Shown here piece after piece: positions 1-8,280 of a stretch of 30,050 nucleotides of DNA. The position numbers and the translations under genes are program-made. Source of the stretch: Pseudobdellovibrionaceae bacterium (GTDB taxonomy: Bacteria; Bdellovibrionota; Bdellovibrionia; Bdellovibrionales; Bdellovibrionaceae); assembly GCA_044374645.1 (NCBI GenBank), contig JBILOD010000001.1:1-30050 (forward strand), given 5' to 3'. The stretch's first letter is position 1. Every line of letters starts with the position of its first letter. The notes under the pieces were generated by a model, which did not search any database, was not told the DNA's origin, and was given only the letters and a program-made list of their open reading frames with translations.

Positions 1-96
1 AAATAGGATGATATTTTCAATTAGGTTCCTTGGTTTGACTCCATTGTATTTGCTAGGTAGCGAGAAGTCAGAGATTTATGTAAAGGAGGTCTTCAG

Positions 97-870
97 ATGT
101 TGGTATTTCCGAGAGCAGGAACCCTTATATTTTGTATCGCTAGTTTAATGAGTCTGAAATCATTGGCCGCGCCCTCACCAGATTGCCAGGCATGGTTTCT
201 TGATCAAAAAATTTCACCTAAGAATCGCTCTTGTTATATCGATTGTGCCGTTGCTCCCGTTAATATGGACAATTATATGTGCCGCAATCAATGCGAGGAA
301 ATGTGCACGCCCATTGATTGCATGAATCCATCTGAAGATCAGTGTATATTCTATTCTCAATGTGTAGAATCAGATACCTCCTGCGGCGAGAGTGGCTATG
401 CGCTCAATTATGGTGAAAAATATTGCCTGAGATTTTTAAATAACGGGGAGTTTTCCTCAAAAGGAAGGGCGTGGCGAACAAAAACAATGCTTTGTTTGCA
501 GCAGGCGCTAGTACCAATACTTAAATCGAATAAATTCCCGATTTCTTGCGAGGATATTGAGGTAAAGGCTTTTGACACTCATGTCGGGTGCTATACCCAG
601 GATGACGCATCTTTTTGCTGGCTGCCCAGTGAGGATTGGAAAACAATAGGTTTTAATATTATTGATCTTAAAGATGTTCTTTCTTGGAATGGAATAAAGC
701 AGGTATCAAAGATTGCTTTTATCAAATGCCGGGAACCATTGCTAAAAAGGCTCCTTGGGAGTTCAAATTTTCAGCCAATTTCCCGCGGTATGAAAATAGA
801 GCAGACAGAGTCAGAAGTTAAGGACATTAAAGCAAAATTAAAATTTATCGATGAACTGGAGCAGAAATGA
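97..870 (+). CDS. Secreted Cys-rich protein: 6-Cys N-terminal module plus stanniocalcin-like domain
   Basis: SD AAGGAGG before the ATG; signal peptide ending SLA-A; 16 Cys in the mature chain. The segments C..RFL, FSSKGRAWRTKTMLC and C-x13-CY match stanniocalcin family spacing. Confidence 0.8.
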   Translation: MLVFPRAGTLIFCIASLMSLKSLAAPSPDCQAWFLDQKISPKNRSCYIDCAVAPVNMDNYMCRNQCEEMCTPIDCMNPSEDQCIFYSQCVESDTSCGESGYALNYGEKYCLRFLNNGEFSSKGRAWRTKTMLCLQQALVPILKSNKFPISCEDIEVKAFDTHVGCYTQDDASFCWLPSEDWKTIGFNIIDLKDVLSWNGIKQVSKIAFIKCREPLLKRLLGSSNFQPISRGMKIEQTESEVKDIKAKLKFIDELEQK

Positions 871-1295
871 CATTTGAGCGAACTAAATTCATTTTTATCT
901 TAAGTCACTTAGTCGTGGGAATGCTAGTTTACTTATGTTTTGCGAGTTCTTTTTCCTCTAGAGATCAATCGGAAATCCTTAGAGGTTTTATTATAACACC
1001 ACTACTTTTGATGATTGTTGCCTGGCTGGTCAGTCTTAGACTTTCATCGAACTTGAAGTTTACGGTTACAACAGTCTGTCTCTCTTCATTTCTCTGGGTT
1101 TTAGCCCTTGGTTATTTTATTGAGAGTGCCGAATCGACACGTCCTTTTTGGCAAGAATTGATCCTTTCGGTGAAGTTTGCTTTTCTTGCCATGTTTATTT
1201 CAAGCCCGGTTCTGATTATTGGTGCCGTTGTGCAATTTTGGATAATCAACGCATTTCAGAAGCGCATGAGGAAATCCGCCGGAGTCGATTCATAG
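867..1295 (+). CDS. Hypothetical integral membrane protein (~4 TM helices)
   Basis: ATGA overlap with the upstream stop; four hydrophobic segments; basic C-terminal tail. Confidence 0.75.
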   Translation: MTFERTKFIFILSHLVVGMLVYLCFASSFSSRDQSEILRGFIITPLLLMIVAWLVSLRLSSNLKFTVTTVCLSSFLWVLALGYFIESAESTRPFWQELILSVKFAFLAMFISSPVLIIGAVVQFWIINAFQKRMRKSAGVDS

Positions 1296-1317
1296 TCGAT
1301 AGGCTGGGCTCAGTTCG

Positions 1318-1353
1318 AAAAAACAAAGGGACCTCTTCTAGGAGATCCCCTTG
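1318..1353 (-). terminator. Intrinsic terminator of hsp20
   Basis: Minus strand CAAGGGGAUCUC-cuagaa-GAGGUCCCUUUG gives a 12-bp stem with 2 G:U pairs, followed by UUUUUU, 35 nt after the hsp20 stop. Confidence 0.75.
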
Positions 1354-1387
1354 CTGATTCGGTCCTTACACAGGCAGGTGGTCTATC

Positions 1388-1846
1388 TTATTTGATAGAA
1401 ATTTCCCGTGCGTTCTGGGCCACTTTCTTAGGAATAGTCATGGTTAATACACCATGTTCAAAGCGAGCCTCTGTTCTTTCGGCATCGACAGGCACAGGAA
1501 AAGTCATCGTGCGCGTGAACGATCCGTAGAACATTTCAGAAAAATGTGTCTTCGTATCCTTCTCTTTTTCGTCGGTTTTCTTCTCCTCCGTTCGCTCTCC
1601 CGTGATGGTCAAGCGGTTATCATGAAGATCGACCTTGATGGCATCCTTTGGAACACCAGGAAGATCAACTTTTAACATATACGCAGCCTTATCCTCTTTC
1701 ACTTCGCAGCTCGGATTGAAATTGTATTTAGCCACATCGGCGCGAGCCGCAGGCCAGTCCTCGAGCATACGATCGAAAGCTTTACCAAAGGTCATCATGT
1801 CTCTAAATGGTCCGAAGTTATTTCTCCAGAGTTCTAGATTTGCCAT
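1388..1846 (-). CDS. Small heat shock protein, Hsp20/alpha-crystallin family
   Basis: DLPGV.K..I.V, LTITGER, E..YGSFTR and A.FEHGVLT..IPK motifs; SD AAGGAGG. Confidence 0.97.
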   Translation of the reverse strand: MANLELWRNNFGPFRDMMTFGKAFDRMLEDWPAARADVAKYNFNPSCEVKEDKAAYMLKVDLPGVPKDAIKVDLHDNRLTITGERTEEKKTDEKEKDTKTHFSEMFYGSFTRTMTFPVPVDAERTEARFEHGVLTMTIPKKVAQNAREISIK

Positions 1847-2156
1847 ACTTTCCTCCTTCTGTTTTTTGTTCCCTACACAAAAAGTATGTATCGAGTTTTG
1901 AATTTGGCAAGTTCATAGGTTTCAAAAAAAATACAAGTTATGCGGAAGTGCTGGTGGGCAAAAACGTCTCTTTTGCAACGCAGTGATGCTCGATTAGATT
2001 TTTTATTACTTAGGTTAGAGTCGCCTGTTTGCGGTTTTACGAAATGACCAAGGAAAGTTCATTGAGTGCCACAATTCAAGGAATGCTCTTGACCTTCGAA
2101 TAGGATCGGCATGATGTTAAGGCCACAAGACAGCAAAAATCTGGAGGAGGGAATAT

Positions 2157-2777
2157 ATGAATAAAGTAATTCTATTTTTGGCAACATCTTTGTTGGCAAT
2201 GGGCGCAATGGGAAAAAATCACGCGGCTGGCAAAAAGACTGGGGCTGAAGCATCTCGTACTGTAGCATCACCGACGGTTACAACCACTCGTACAACGACA
2301 ACGACGTCGGTGTCTTTTGATCCTAAAGAGCTATTTGAAAGCGATAATAAGAGCGAGTTGTTTCTTTCTGTCACGCAGGCGCAAATCAATACTGGAAGCG
2401 GAGCCTCTGATTTAGAAATTGCAGGTATGTACACCTATCTGATCAAACCCCAAATCCAAGTGGGCGCCCAAATTGCTTTTGGGTCTAAGTCCTATAAAGG
2501 CGGCGGTAGTTCAAATCACTCAGACATTTATGCTTTGGGCATCTATAATTTTGTACCAGAAATTCATGAGGCGGCCTTCGCGTTTGGAGGACTTGGTTTT
2601 GGAAGTTACGCTGCAGGGGGAGCTTCTGAGTCCAAAGTTGGGGTCAAAGTAGGCGGAGGAAAGCGTTTTCCGTTGATGGATAAAGTTCAGTATGTCCCCA
2701 TGGCGTGGATTCAAAAAATGGGTGAGTTTGATCCAGCATTATATTTGATGCCGGTTAATTTTTCGCTTATTTTCTGA
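2157..2777 (+). CDS. Outer-membrane beta-barrel protein (OmpA-like/porin-like, ~8 strands)
   Basis: Signal peptide; alternating amphipathic strands rich in Gly and aromatics; GVKVGGGKRFPL; C-terminal Phe (NFSLIF); SD GGAGG. Confidence 0.8.
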   Translation: MNKVILFLATSLLAMGAMGKNHAAGKKTGAEASRTVASPTVTTTRTTTTTSVSFDPKELFESDNKSELFLSVTQAQINTGSGASDLEIAGMYTYLIKPQIQVGAQIAFGSKSYKGGGSSNHSDIYALGIYNFVPEIHEAAFAFGGLGFGSYAAGGASESKVGVKVGGGKRFPLMDKVQYVPMAWIQKMGEFDPALYLMPVNFSLIF

Positions 2778-2801
2778 TGAGAGCCGAACGAATCAAAAAA
2801 G

Positions 2802-2835
2802 AAAGGCCGTTATCGATTTCGATAACGGCCTTTTT
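2802..2835. terminator. Bidirectional intrinsic terminator between the barrel gene and alaS
   Basis: Perfect inverted repeat AAAGGCCGTTATCG-attt-CGATAACGGCCTTT, with an A-run on the left and a T-run on the right, between convergent stops. Confidence 0.92.
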
Positions 2836-2864
2836 CATTTGAAGTGGTTTGATGAAGCTTTCGA

Positions 2865-5582
2865 TCAACCTTTTAGATATGTTTCAAGGGTGCTTGCAAC
2901 GGCGTCACGTTTGACAATCGCACCTTGAGCAAAATCAGGACGGCCCCCACCTTTACCACCCAATTGTTGGCTTAAGTCTTTGAGAACTTGGCCAGCATTG
3001 ATACCAGGATTGATGTCCTTCGTAGCCGCTACAATGACAGGGTGTGAGTCAGTGCCTAGGCCCACAGTGACCACAAGTCCGCTCTCGATACGATTTTTGA
3101 GTTGATCCGTGATTTGGGCGAGTAGGTCGCGATCATCCACGTCAAGAGTGGCAACCACATACCGTCCTTTGGTGGCCCCTTTAGCAAAGGTTTTGGCCGA
3201 TGCTAAAATCACATCAATATTGATCTGACCCTTCTTTAAATCTTTTATTTCTCTTTCAAGTCCCTTGATGGCTTGTTTCTTTTCCTCGATCCAATCAGTG
3301 ATCGGAGTCGATTTAGATTCTAAGAATTGGTTCCAGGGCTCTTGTGCGCCAATGGCTTCGCGTGCTGCTTGGGCCTGTTGATAGTGCTTGCTAAGGAAAT
3401 TGACTGCAACGTCACCGCTAATGGCTTCCATACGGCGAACACCGGCGCTCACTCCTGATTCCGAAACGATTTTGAAAAGGCGGATTTGGGCCGTATTAGA
3501 AATGTGAGTTCCGCCGCAAAGTTCTTGAGAAAAGTCTCCCATTTTGACCACACGAACTTCGTTGCCATATTTTTCACCAAAGAGGGCCATGGCGCCGTCT
3601 TTGATAGCTTCTTCATGGGATTTTACGACACAACTTACGCTAAGACCCTTCCCGATCTCTTCATTGACGATTGCTTCAATGGTTTGAATTTCGTCAGCGG
3701 TGAGGGATTTAGGGTGAGTAAAGTCAAAACGAAGGCGAGTCGCATCAACTAATGAACCTGCTTGAGTTACATGAGTACCAAGAGTTTTTCGGAGAGCCGC
3801 ATGGAGAATGTGAGTGGCCGAGTGATTAGATGCTGTCTGGCGACGTTCGCTTTCTGCCACTTGAAACTGTAGGTCAGCACCAACTTTGAATTCGCCCGCG
3901 GTGACTTCTACATGATGTAAATAAATATCATTTTGCTTTGTCGTATTGTGAACGGTGGCTACTGCCGTTCCAGATTTGGCGTACCCTTTATCGCCGACCT
4001 GTCCGCCCCCTTCACCGTAGAAAGAGGTCTCGGTGGTGACGATAATCCCCTGATCACCAGACTTCAACTGAGTGACTTCGGCCTGCCCGTTCGAAAGACC
4101 AACAATTTTTGTTGAACAATTCAAATGGTCGTAACCAGAGAACTGAGTTGTGCCCTTATCACGAGACAGAGTGTTGCTCCATTGGATGAGGTGCGCTTCG
4201 TCGGTGGCAAGGCCCTTACCTTTCCAACTTGCTTTGGCTTTCTCACGCGCTGTTTGCATTTCAGTTTCAAAACCAGCTTCGTCAACTTGAAAGTGTTGTT
4301 CTTCTGCCATTAGGCGTGTGAGGTCCACCGGAAATCCATAGGTGTCATAAAGTTTAAAAATAATTTCGCCAGAAAGCGACTTTTTCCCTGAAGATTTAAG
4401 ACGCGCGAGTTCTGCATTAAGAAGTTCGGTGCCTTGATCTAAAGTCTGAATGAAACGATTTTCTTCGTCTTGCACAACATTGAGCACATAGTCTTTGCGT
4501 TCGCGGAGCTCCGGATAAAACCCACCCATTTCATTAACGAGGGTGTTGATCATCGAAGGGAAGAACGATGCGGTTGGTGAAAGTTTACGCTGATAACGAA
4601 GGGCACGGCGGAGAATGCGACGGAGAACATAACCACGACCTTCATTGCTCGGTACGGCTCCGTCAGTCAGTAAGAAGGAAACCGCTCGAGTGTGATCTGC
4701 TAACACTCGCAGGGCTGCGAGCTTTTCGTTGAGTTCAACGTTTGGTGTGCCTTTGTATTGGTGGTGCACAAGCTCGGCTAAATTACTTTCATTCGGAATC
4801 AATCGAAGTGCCGAATCAATGAGTGGAGTGAACATATCCGTATCGTAGTTATTGATTTTTCCTTGCATGACAGCGCAAAGACGCTCTAGGCCTGAACCTG
4901 TATCAACGGATGGCTTTGGAAGTGGTTCCATGACTCCCGGTGATTTTTCAAAAAACTGCATCATCACCAAGTTCCAGATTTCTACATAGCGATCACCACC
5001 GCTTAAAATACCTTTATAGGCATCTGTTTCAGGGCCTGCTTTTTCGCCATGATCATAGAAAATTTCTGTGCAAGGTCCACATGGTCCGGTTTCGCCCATG
5101 CGCCAAAAGTTATCTTTTTCACCAAAGCGAAAAATACGATTGCGGGGTACGCCCTCTTGTTTGTGCCAAATCTCTTCAGCTTCGTCATCATTCTGAAAAA
5201 CCGTGACGTACAGTCGATCTTTGGGAATTCCCAACTCTTTGGTCAGAAGCTCCCAGGCATAGTGAATCGCTTCTTTTTTAAAGTAATCACCAAAAGAAAA
5301 GTTACCGAGCATTTCAAAAAACGTGTGGTGTCGAGCGGTGAAACCAACGTTCTCAAGATCATTGTGTTTTCCGCCGGCGCGTACACATTTTTGGGAAGAC
5401 ACCGCACGCACGTAATCACGTTGTTCAAGTCCTAGAAATAAATTTTTAAATTGGTTCATGCCGGCGTTGGTAAAAAGCAGAGTGGGATCTTTCTCAGGAA
5501 TGAGAGAAGAACTGCTCACTGCCGTATGCTGGTTCTTTTTGAAATAGTCGATAAATCGGGCTCTAACATCAGAGCTCTTCAT
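2865..5582 (-). CDS. alaS: Alanine--tRNA ligase
   Basis: TLLFTNAGMNQFK, RHHTFFEMLGNFSFGDYFK, editing motifs HSATH and ELCGGTH, C-Ala GGKGGG. Start placed at MKSSDVR (5582), overlapping the recX stop; the ORF extends to 5600. Confidence 0.99.
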   Translation of the reverse strand: MKSSDVRARFIDYFKKNQHTAVSSSSLIPEKDPTLLFTNAGMNQFKNLFLGLEQRDYVRAVSSQKCVRAGGKHNDLENVGFTARHHTFFEMLGNFSFGDYFKKEAIHYAWELLTKELGIPKDRLYVTVFQNDDEAEEIWHKQEGVPRNRIFRFGEKDNFWRMGETGPCGPCTEIFYDHGEKAGPETDAYKGILSGGDRYVEIWNLVMMQFFEKSPGVMEPLPKPSVDTGSGLERLCAVMQGKINNYDTDMFTPLIDSALRLIPNESNLAELVHHQYKGTPNVELNEKLAALRVLADHTRAVSFLLTDGAVPSNEGRGYVLRRILRRALRYQRKLSPTASFFPSMINTLVNEMGGFYPELRERKDYVLNVVQDEENRFIQTLDQGTELLNAELARLKSSGKKSLSGEIIFKLYDTYGFPVDLTRLMAEEQHFQVDEAGFETEMQTAREKAKASWKGKGLATDEAHLIQWSNTLSRDKGTTQFSGYDHLNCSTKIVGLSNGQAEVTQLKSGDQGIIVTTETSFYGEGGGQVGDKGYAKSGTAVATVHNTTKQNDIYLHHVEVTAGEFKVGADLQFQVAESERRQTASNHSATHILHAALRKTLGTHVTQAGSLVDATRLRFDFTHPKSLTADEIQTIEAIVNEEIGKGLSVSCVVKSHEEAIKDGAMALFGEKYGNEVRVVKMGDFSQELCGGTHISNTAQIRLFKIVSESGVSAGVRRMEAISGDVAVNFLSKHYQQAQAAREAIGAQEPWNQFLESKSTPITDWIEEKKQAIKGLEREIKDLKKGQINIDVILASAKTFAKGATKGRYVVATLDVDDRDLLAQITDQLKNRIESGLVVTVGLGTDSHPVIVAATKDINPGINAGQVLKDLSQQLGGKGGGRPDFAQGAIVKRDAVASTLETYLKG

Positions 5583-6039
5583 TGTTTCTAAGTTTTTCAT
5601 AGATGACAGTCCTTACTATATCTAGAGGGAATCCCCGAGTTATTAATTGCCGGCCAATTTTTTCTCGTGCGGCTCGGTCTAATGTAGCACTTCTTTTGGC
5701 CCGTTGCCGAGCAAACTCCAGAGCTTTATGCAGCTCGGTATCTTTGTCAAATACCTCAATAGGGGGAAGTCCGCGTTTCTTGAGGTATTGCAGAACATAG
5801 TGCCGCCCCTTTCCCCGTTGTAGGAGTTGTTGTGCGAGCATCTGGCTCAACTCTTGAGGGGGGCGAATGTAACGACGTTCTTCTGCCCATTGAATAGTCT
5901 TATCAATGATGATTGGGTCAAAGTCCTTTTTCGCAAGTTTCTGGCGAAGCTCTTTGACACTATAATCCCGTCGACTGAGCATATCGATGAGCTTGTTAAG
6001 ACAGTTGCGAAATACCTGATCAGTTGGGTTGTTGGTCAT
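5569..6039 (-). CDS. recX: Recombination regulator RecX
   Basis: LSRRDYSVKELRQKL, three-repeat helical layout, C-terminal L..RGF; directly upstream of alaS. Confidence 0.9.
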   Translation of the reverse strand: MTNNPTDQVFRNCLNKLIDMLSRRDYSVKELRQKLAKKDFDPIIIDKTIQWAEERRYIRPPQELSQMLAQQLLQRGKGRHYVLQYLKKRGLPPIEVFDKDTELHKALEFARQRAKRSATLDRAAREKIGRQLITRGFPLDIVRTVIYEKLRNNEEL

Positions 6040-6104
6040 TGGAAATCCTTCCGTCCCGTTGTATCACAGGATATGTTGGTTGCAAAAGAGCAGAAGGAGT
6101 TTTC

Positions 6105-6578
6105 ATGCTGATGAACATTGCGACATTATTTGGCGTTGGGCGAATTTCGAAGGCTCCCGGAACCTGGGGAAGTTTGGCAACATTGCCGCTTTGTTATTTT
6201 CTTCTCAAACTTGGACCTTTTATTTATATGGGGGCCACTTTGGCGATTGCCATTCTGGCTATTGCTGCGGCTGAGCATTTTGAGCGACAAAGTCAGCAAC
6301 ATGATTCTAAAGAGATTGTGATTGATGAAACGGCGGGAATGCTTGTGACAATGACCTGGCTCCCTCTCACTTGGCAGTCATTCGTGGTGGGATTTATGGT
6401 GTTTCGTTTTTTTGATATCTTAAAACCATTTCCTATCAGTTATTTTGATAAGAAAGTACCAGGGGGATTTGGCGTTGTGGCCGATGATCTTGTTGCCGGA
6501 ATTCTGGGCAATGTGGTGCTTCAATTGATGCTCCAGCACACCGCTTGGTTGGGCGTGCAGATTCAAAATTTAGGGTGA
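6105..6578 (+). CDS. pgpA: Phosphatidylglycerophosphatase A
   Basis: KAPGTWGSL, EIVIDE, FRFFDILKPFPI and GGFGVVADDLVAG. Start moved from 6024 to ATG 6105, which follows SD AAGGAG and avoids overlap with recX. Confidence 0.95.
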   Translation: MLMNIATLFGVGRISKAPGTWGSLATLPLCYFLLKLGPFIYMGATLAIAILAIAAAEHFERQSQQHDSKEIVIDETAGMLVTMTWLPLTWQSFVVGFMVFRFFDILKPFPISYFDKKVPGGFGVVADDLVAGILGNVVLQLMLQHTAWLGVQIQNLG

Positions 6579-6587
6579 GTTTTTGCC

Positions 6588-7076
6588 ATGACTGATAAAC
6601 AAAAAGCATTGACTAGTGAATTTTTGGAATTAGCGCGCCGCAAAAATATTACTTGTGGATTCGCTGAAAGCTGTACGGGAGGGCTTTTATCCTCCTGGAT
6701 TACCAGCTTTCCCGGTGTGTCAGAGTTTTTTATCGGTTCTGTTGTGAGTTATTCCAATGCCGTTAAGCAAGAAGTCTTGCAGGTTCATAGAACTACGTTA
6801 GACAATCATGGCGCCGTGAGTGCCCCAACAGCAAAGGAAATGCTGGCTGGCGTCCGCCAGTTATTAAAGGTGGATGTGGCTGCCGCGATTACCGGAATTG
6901 CAGGCCCGACCGGCGGAACTCCAGAAAAACCAGTGGGTCTTGTGTTTGTTGCGACGGGCGGTCCAGGGTTTGAAAGGGTTGAACGATTACAATTAATAGG
7001 GGATCGATTGACCATTCAATCTCAGAGCTGCGAACGCGCTCTAGAACTGATGATCGAAGGTCTTCAAAATTCATAA
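6588..7076 (+). CDS. cinA: CinA C-terminal domain protein (NMN deamidase, PncC-like)
   Basis: AESCTGG, GAVS...A.EM..G and [17 protein letters not shown] motifs; immediately upstream of recA. Confidence 0.93.
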   Translation: MTDKQKALTSEFLELARRKNITCGFAESCTGGLLSSWITSFPGVSEFFIGSVVSYSNAVKQEVLQVHRTTLDNHGAVSAPTAKEMLAGVRQLLKVDVAAAITGIAGPTGGTPEKPVGLVFVATGGPGFERVERLQLIGDRLTIQSQSCERALELMIEGLQNS

Positions 7077-7090
7077 CTAAGGAGAAGAGC

Positions 7091-8203
7091 ATGTCTAACT
7101 TAAACACGGAAAGATCCAAAGCTTTGGATCTTGCGGTTTCCACTATCGAAAAACAATTCGGTAAAGGTTCCATCATGAGATTGGGAGCCAATGATAGCTT
7201 GGTGAAAGATGTTGATGTCATCAGCACAGGATCATTGAGTCTTGATGTGGGCTTAGGAATCGGTGGATTGCCTCGTGGCCGTATCGTGGAAATTTATGGA
7301 CCAGAAAGTTCTGGTAAAACAACTTTAGCATTGTCAGTGATCGCTGAAGCTCAGAAAAAAGGTGGCGTGGTAGCATTTGTGGATGCAGAGCATGCTCTTG
7401 ATGTGGGTTATGCACGCAAACTTGGTGTGAACACTGCAGACCTCTTAATTTCTCAGCCAGACACTGGTGAACAAGCTCTCGAAATCACTGAAACGCTTGT
7501 ACGTTCAGGCGCTGTTGACGTATTGGTCGTCGACTCCGTAGCAGCTTTGGTGCCACGCGCGGAACTTGAAGGCGACATGGGCGACAGCCACATGGGCTTG
7601 CAAGCTCGTTTGATGTCACAAGCTCTTCGTAAATTAACAGCCGCGATCAATCGCAGCAAAACCTTGGTGATCTTCATCAACCAAATTCGTATGAAAATTG
7701 GCGTGATGTTTGGTAACCCAGAAACCACCACTGGTGGTAACGCCTTGAAGTTCTATGCGTCAGTACGTTTGGATGTACGTCGTGTGGGTTCAATTAAACA
7801 AGGTGAAGATGTGATTGGTAGCCGTACTGCGGTTAAAGTGGTAAAAAACAAAATGGCGCCTCCATTTGCAAAAGTGGAATTCGATTTGATGTACGGCGAA
7901 GGTATTTCTGCCGAAGGTGATGTGTTGGATCTCGCTGTGGCGGCCAACTTGGTTGATAAATCAGGTGCATGGTTCAGCGTTAATGGCGAGCGCATGGGAC
8001 AGGGGCGCGATCAGGCGAAAACCTTCTTGCATGAACACCCGGAAATCATGAAGGACTTGCGTGAGAAAATCTTGGCGTCTAAAGGCATTGGTCAATTGTT
8101 GTTGAGCAATGACGTTGAGGCAGAAGCTGAAGACGATGTTGACGATGCGGGTGAAGAAACTGCCGCTGCGTCAAAGAAAACAAAGAAAGCAGCGAAGCAC
8201 TAA
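7091..8203 (+). CDS. recA: Recombinase RecA
   Basis: [10 protein letters not shown]-loop, [17 protein letters not shown] and [14 protein letters not shown]; SD AAGGAG; acidic then Lys-rich tail. Confidence 0.99.
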   Translation: MSNLNTERSKALDLAVSTIEKQFGKGSIMRLGANDSLVKDVDVISTGSLSLDVGLGIGGLPRGRIVEIYGPESSGKTTLALSVIAEAQKKGGVVAFVDAEHALDVGYARKLGVNTADLLISQPDTGEQALEITETLVRSGAVDVLVVDSVAALVPRAELEGDMGDSHMGLQARLMSQALRKLTAAINRSKTLVIFINQIRMKIGVMFGNPETTTGGNALKFYASVRLDVRRVGSIKQGEDVIGSRTAVKVVKNKMAPPFAKVEFDLMYGEGISAEGDVLDLAVAANLVDKSGAWFSVNGERMGQGRDQAKTFLHEHPEIMKDLREKILASKGIGQLLLSNDVEAEAEDDVDDAGEETAAASKKTKKAAKH

Positions 8204-8241
8204 TTCGCTAGCAATTTCTTGCAGAGAATTTGGTTTTAACA

Positions 8242-8280
8242 AATAAAAAAGCCTTGGTTTCCCACCAAGGCTTTTTTATT
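8242..8280. terminator. Bidirectional intrinsic terminator after recA
   Basis: Perfect 17-bp inverted repeat AATAAAAAAGCCTTGGT-ttccc-ACCAAGGCTTTTTTATT between convergent genes. Confidence 0.93.

Noticed and set aside
2064-2072. GAGTGCCAC, resembling the right arm of a CIRCE element upstream of hsp20
   Set aside because: The position of the left arm reads GACCAAGGA, not TTAGCACTC; only a half-site, ~220 bp from the gene.
3486-5800. Several 60-128 aa ORFs antisense or out of frame within alaS and recX; similar ones occur within recA, pbpC, A2M and the barrel gene
   Set aside because: Shadow ORFs of strongly conserved genes.
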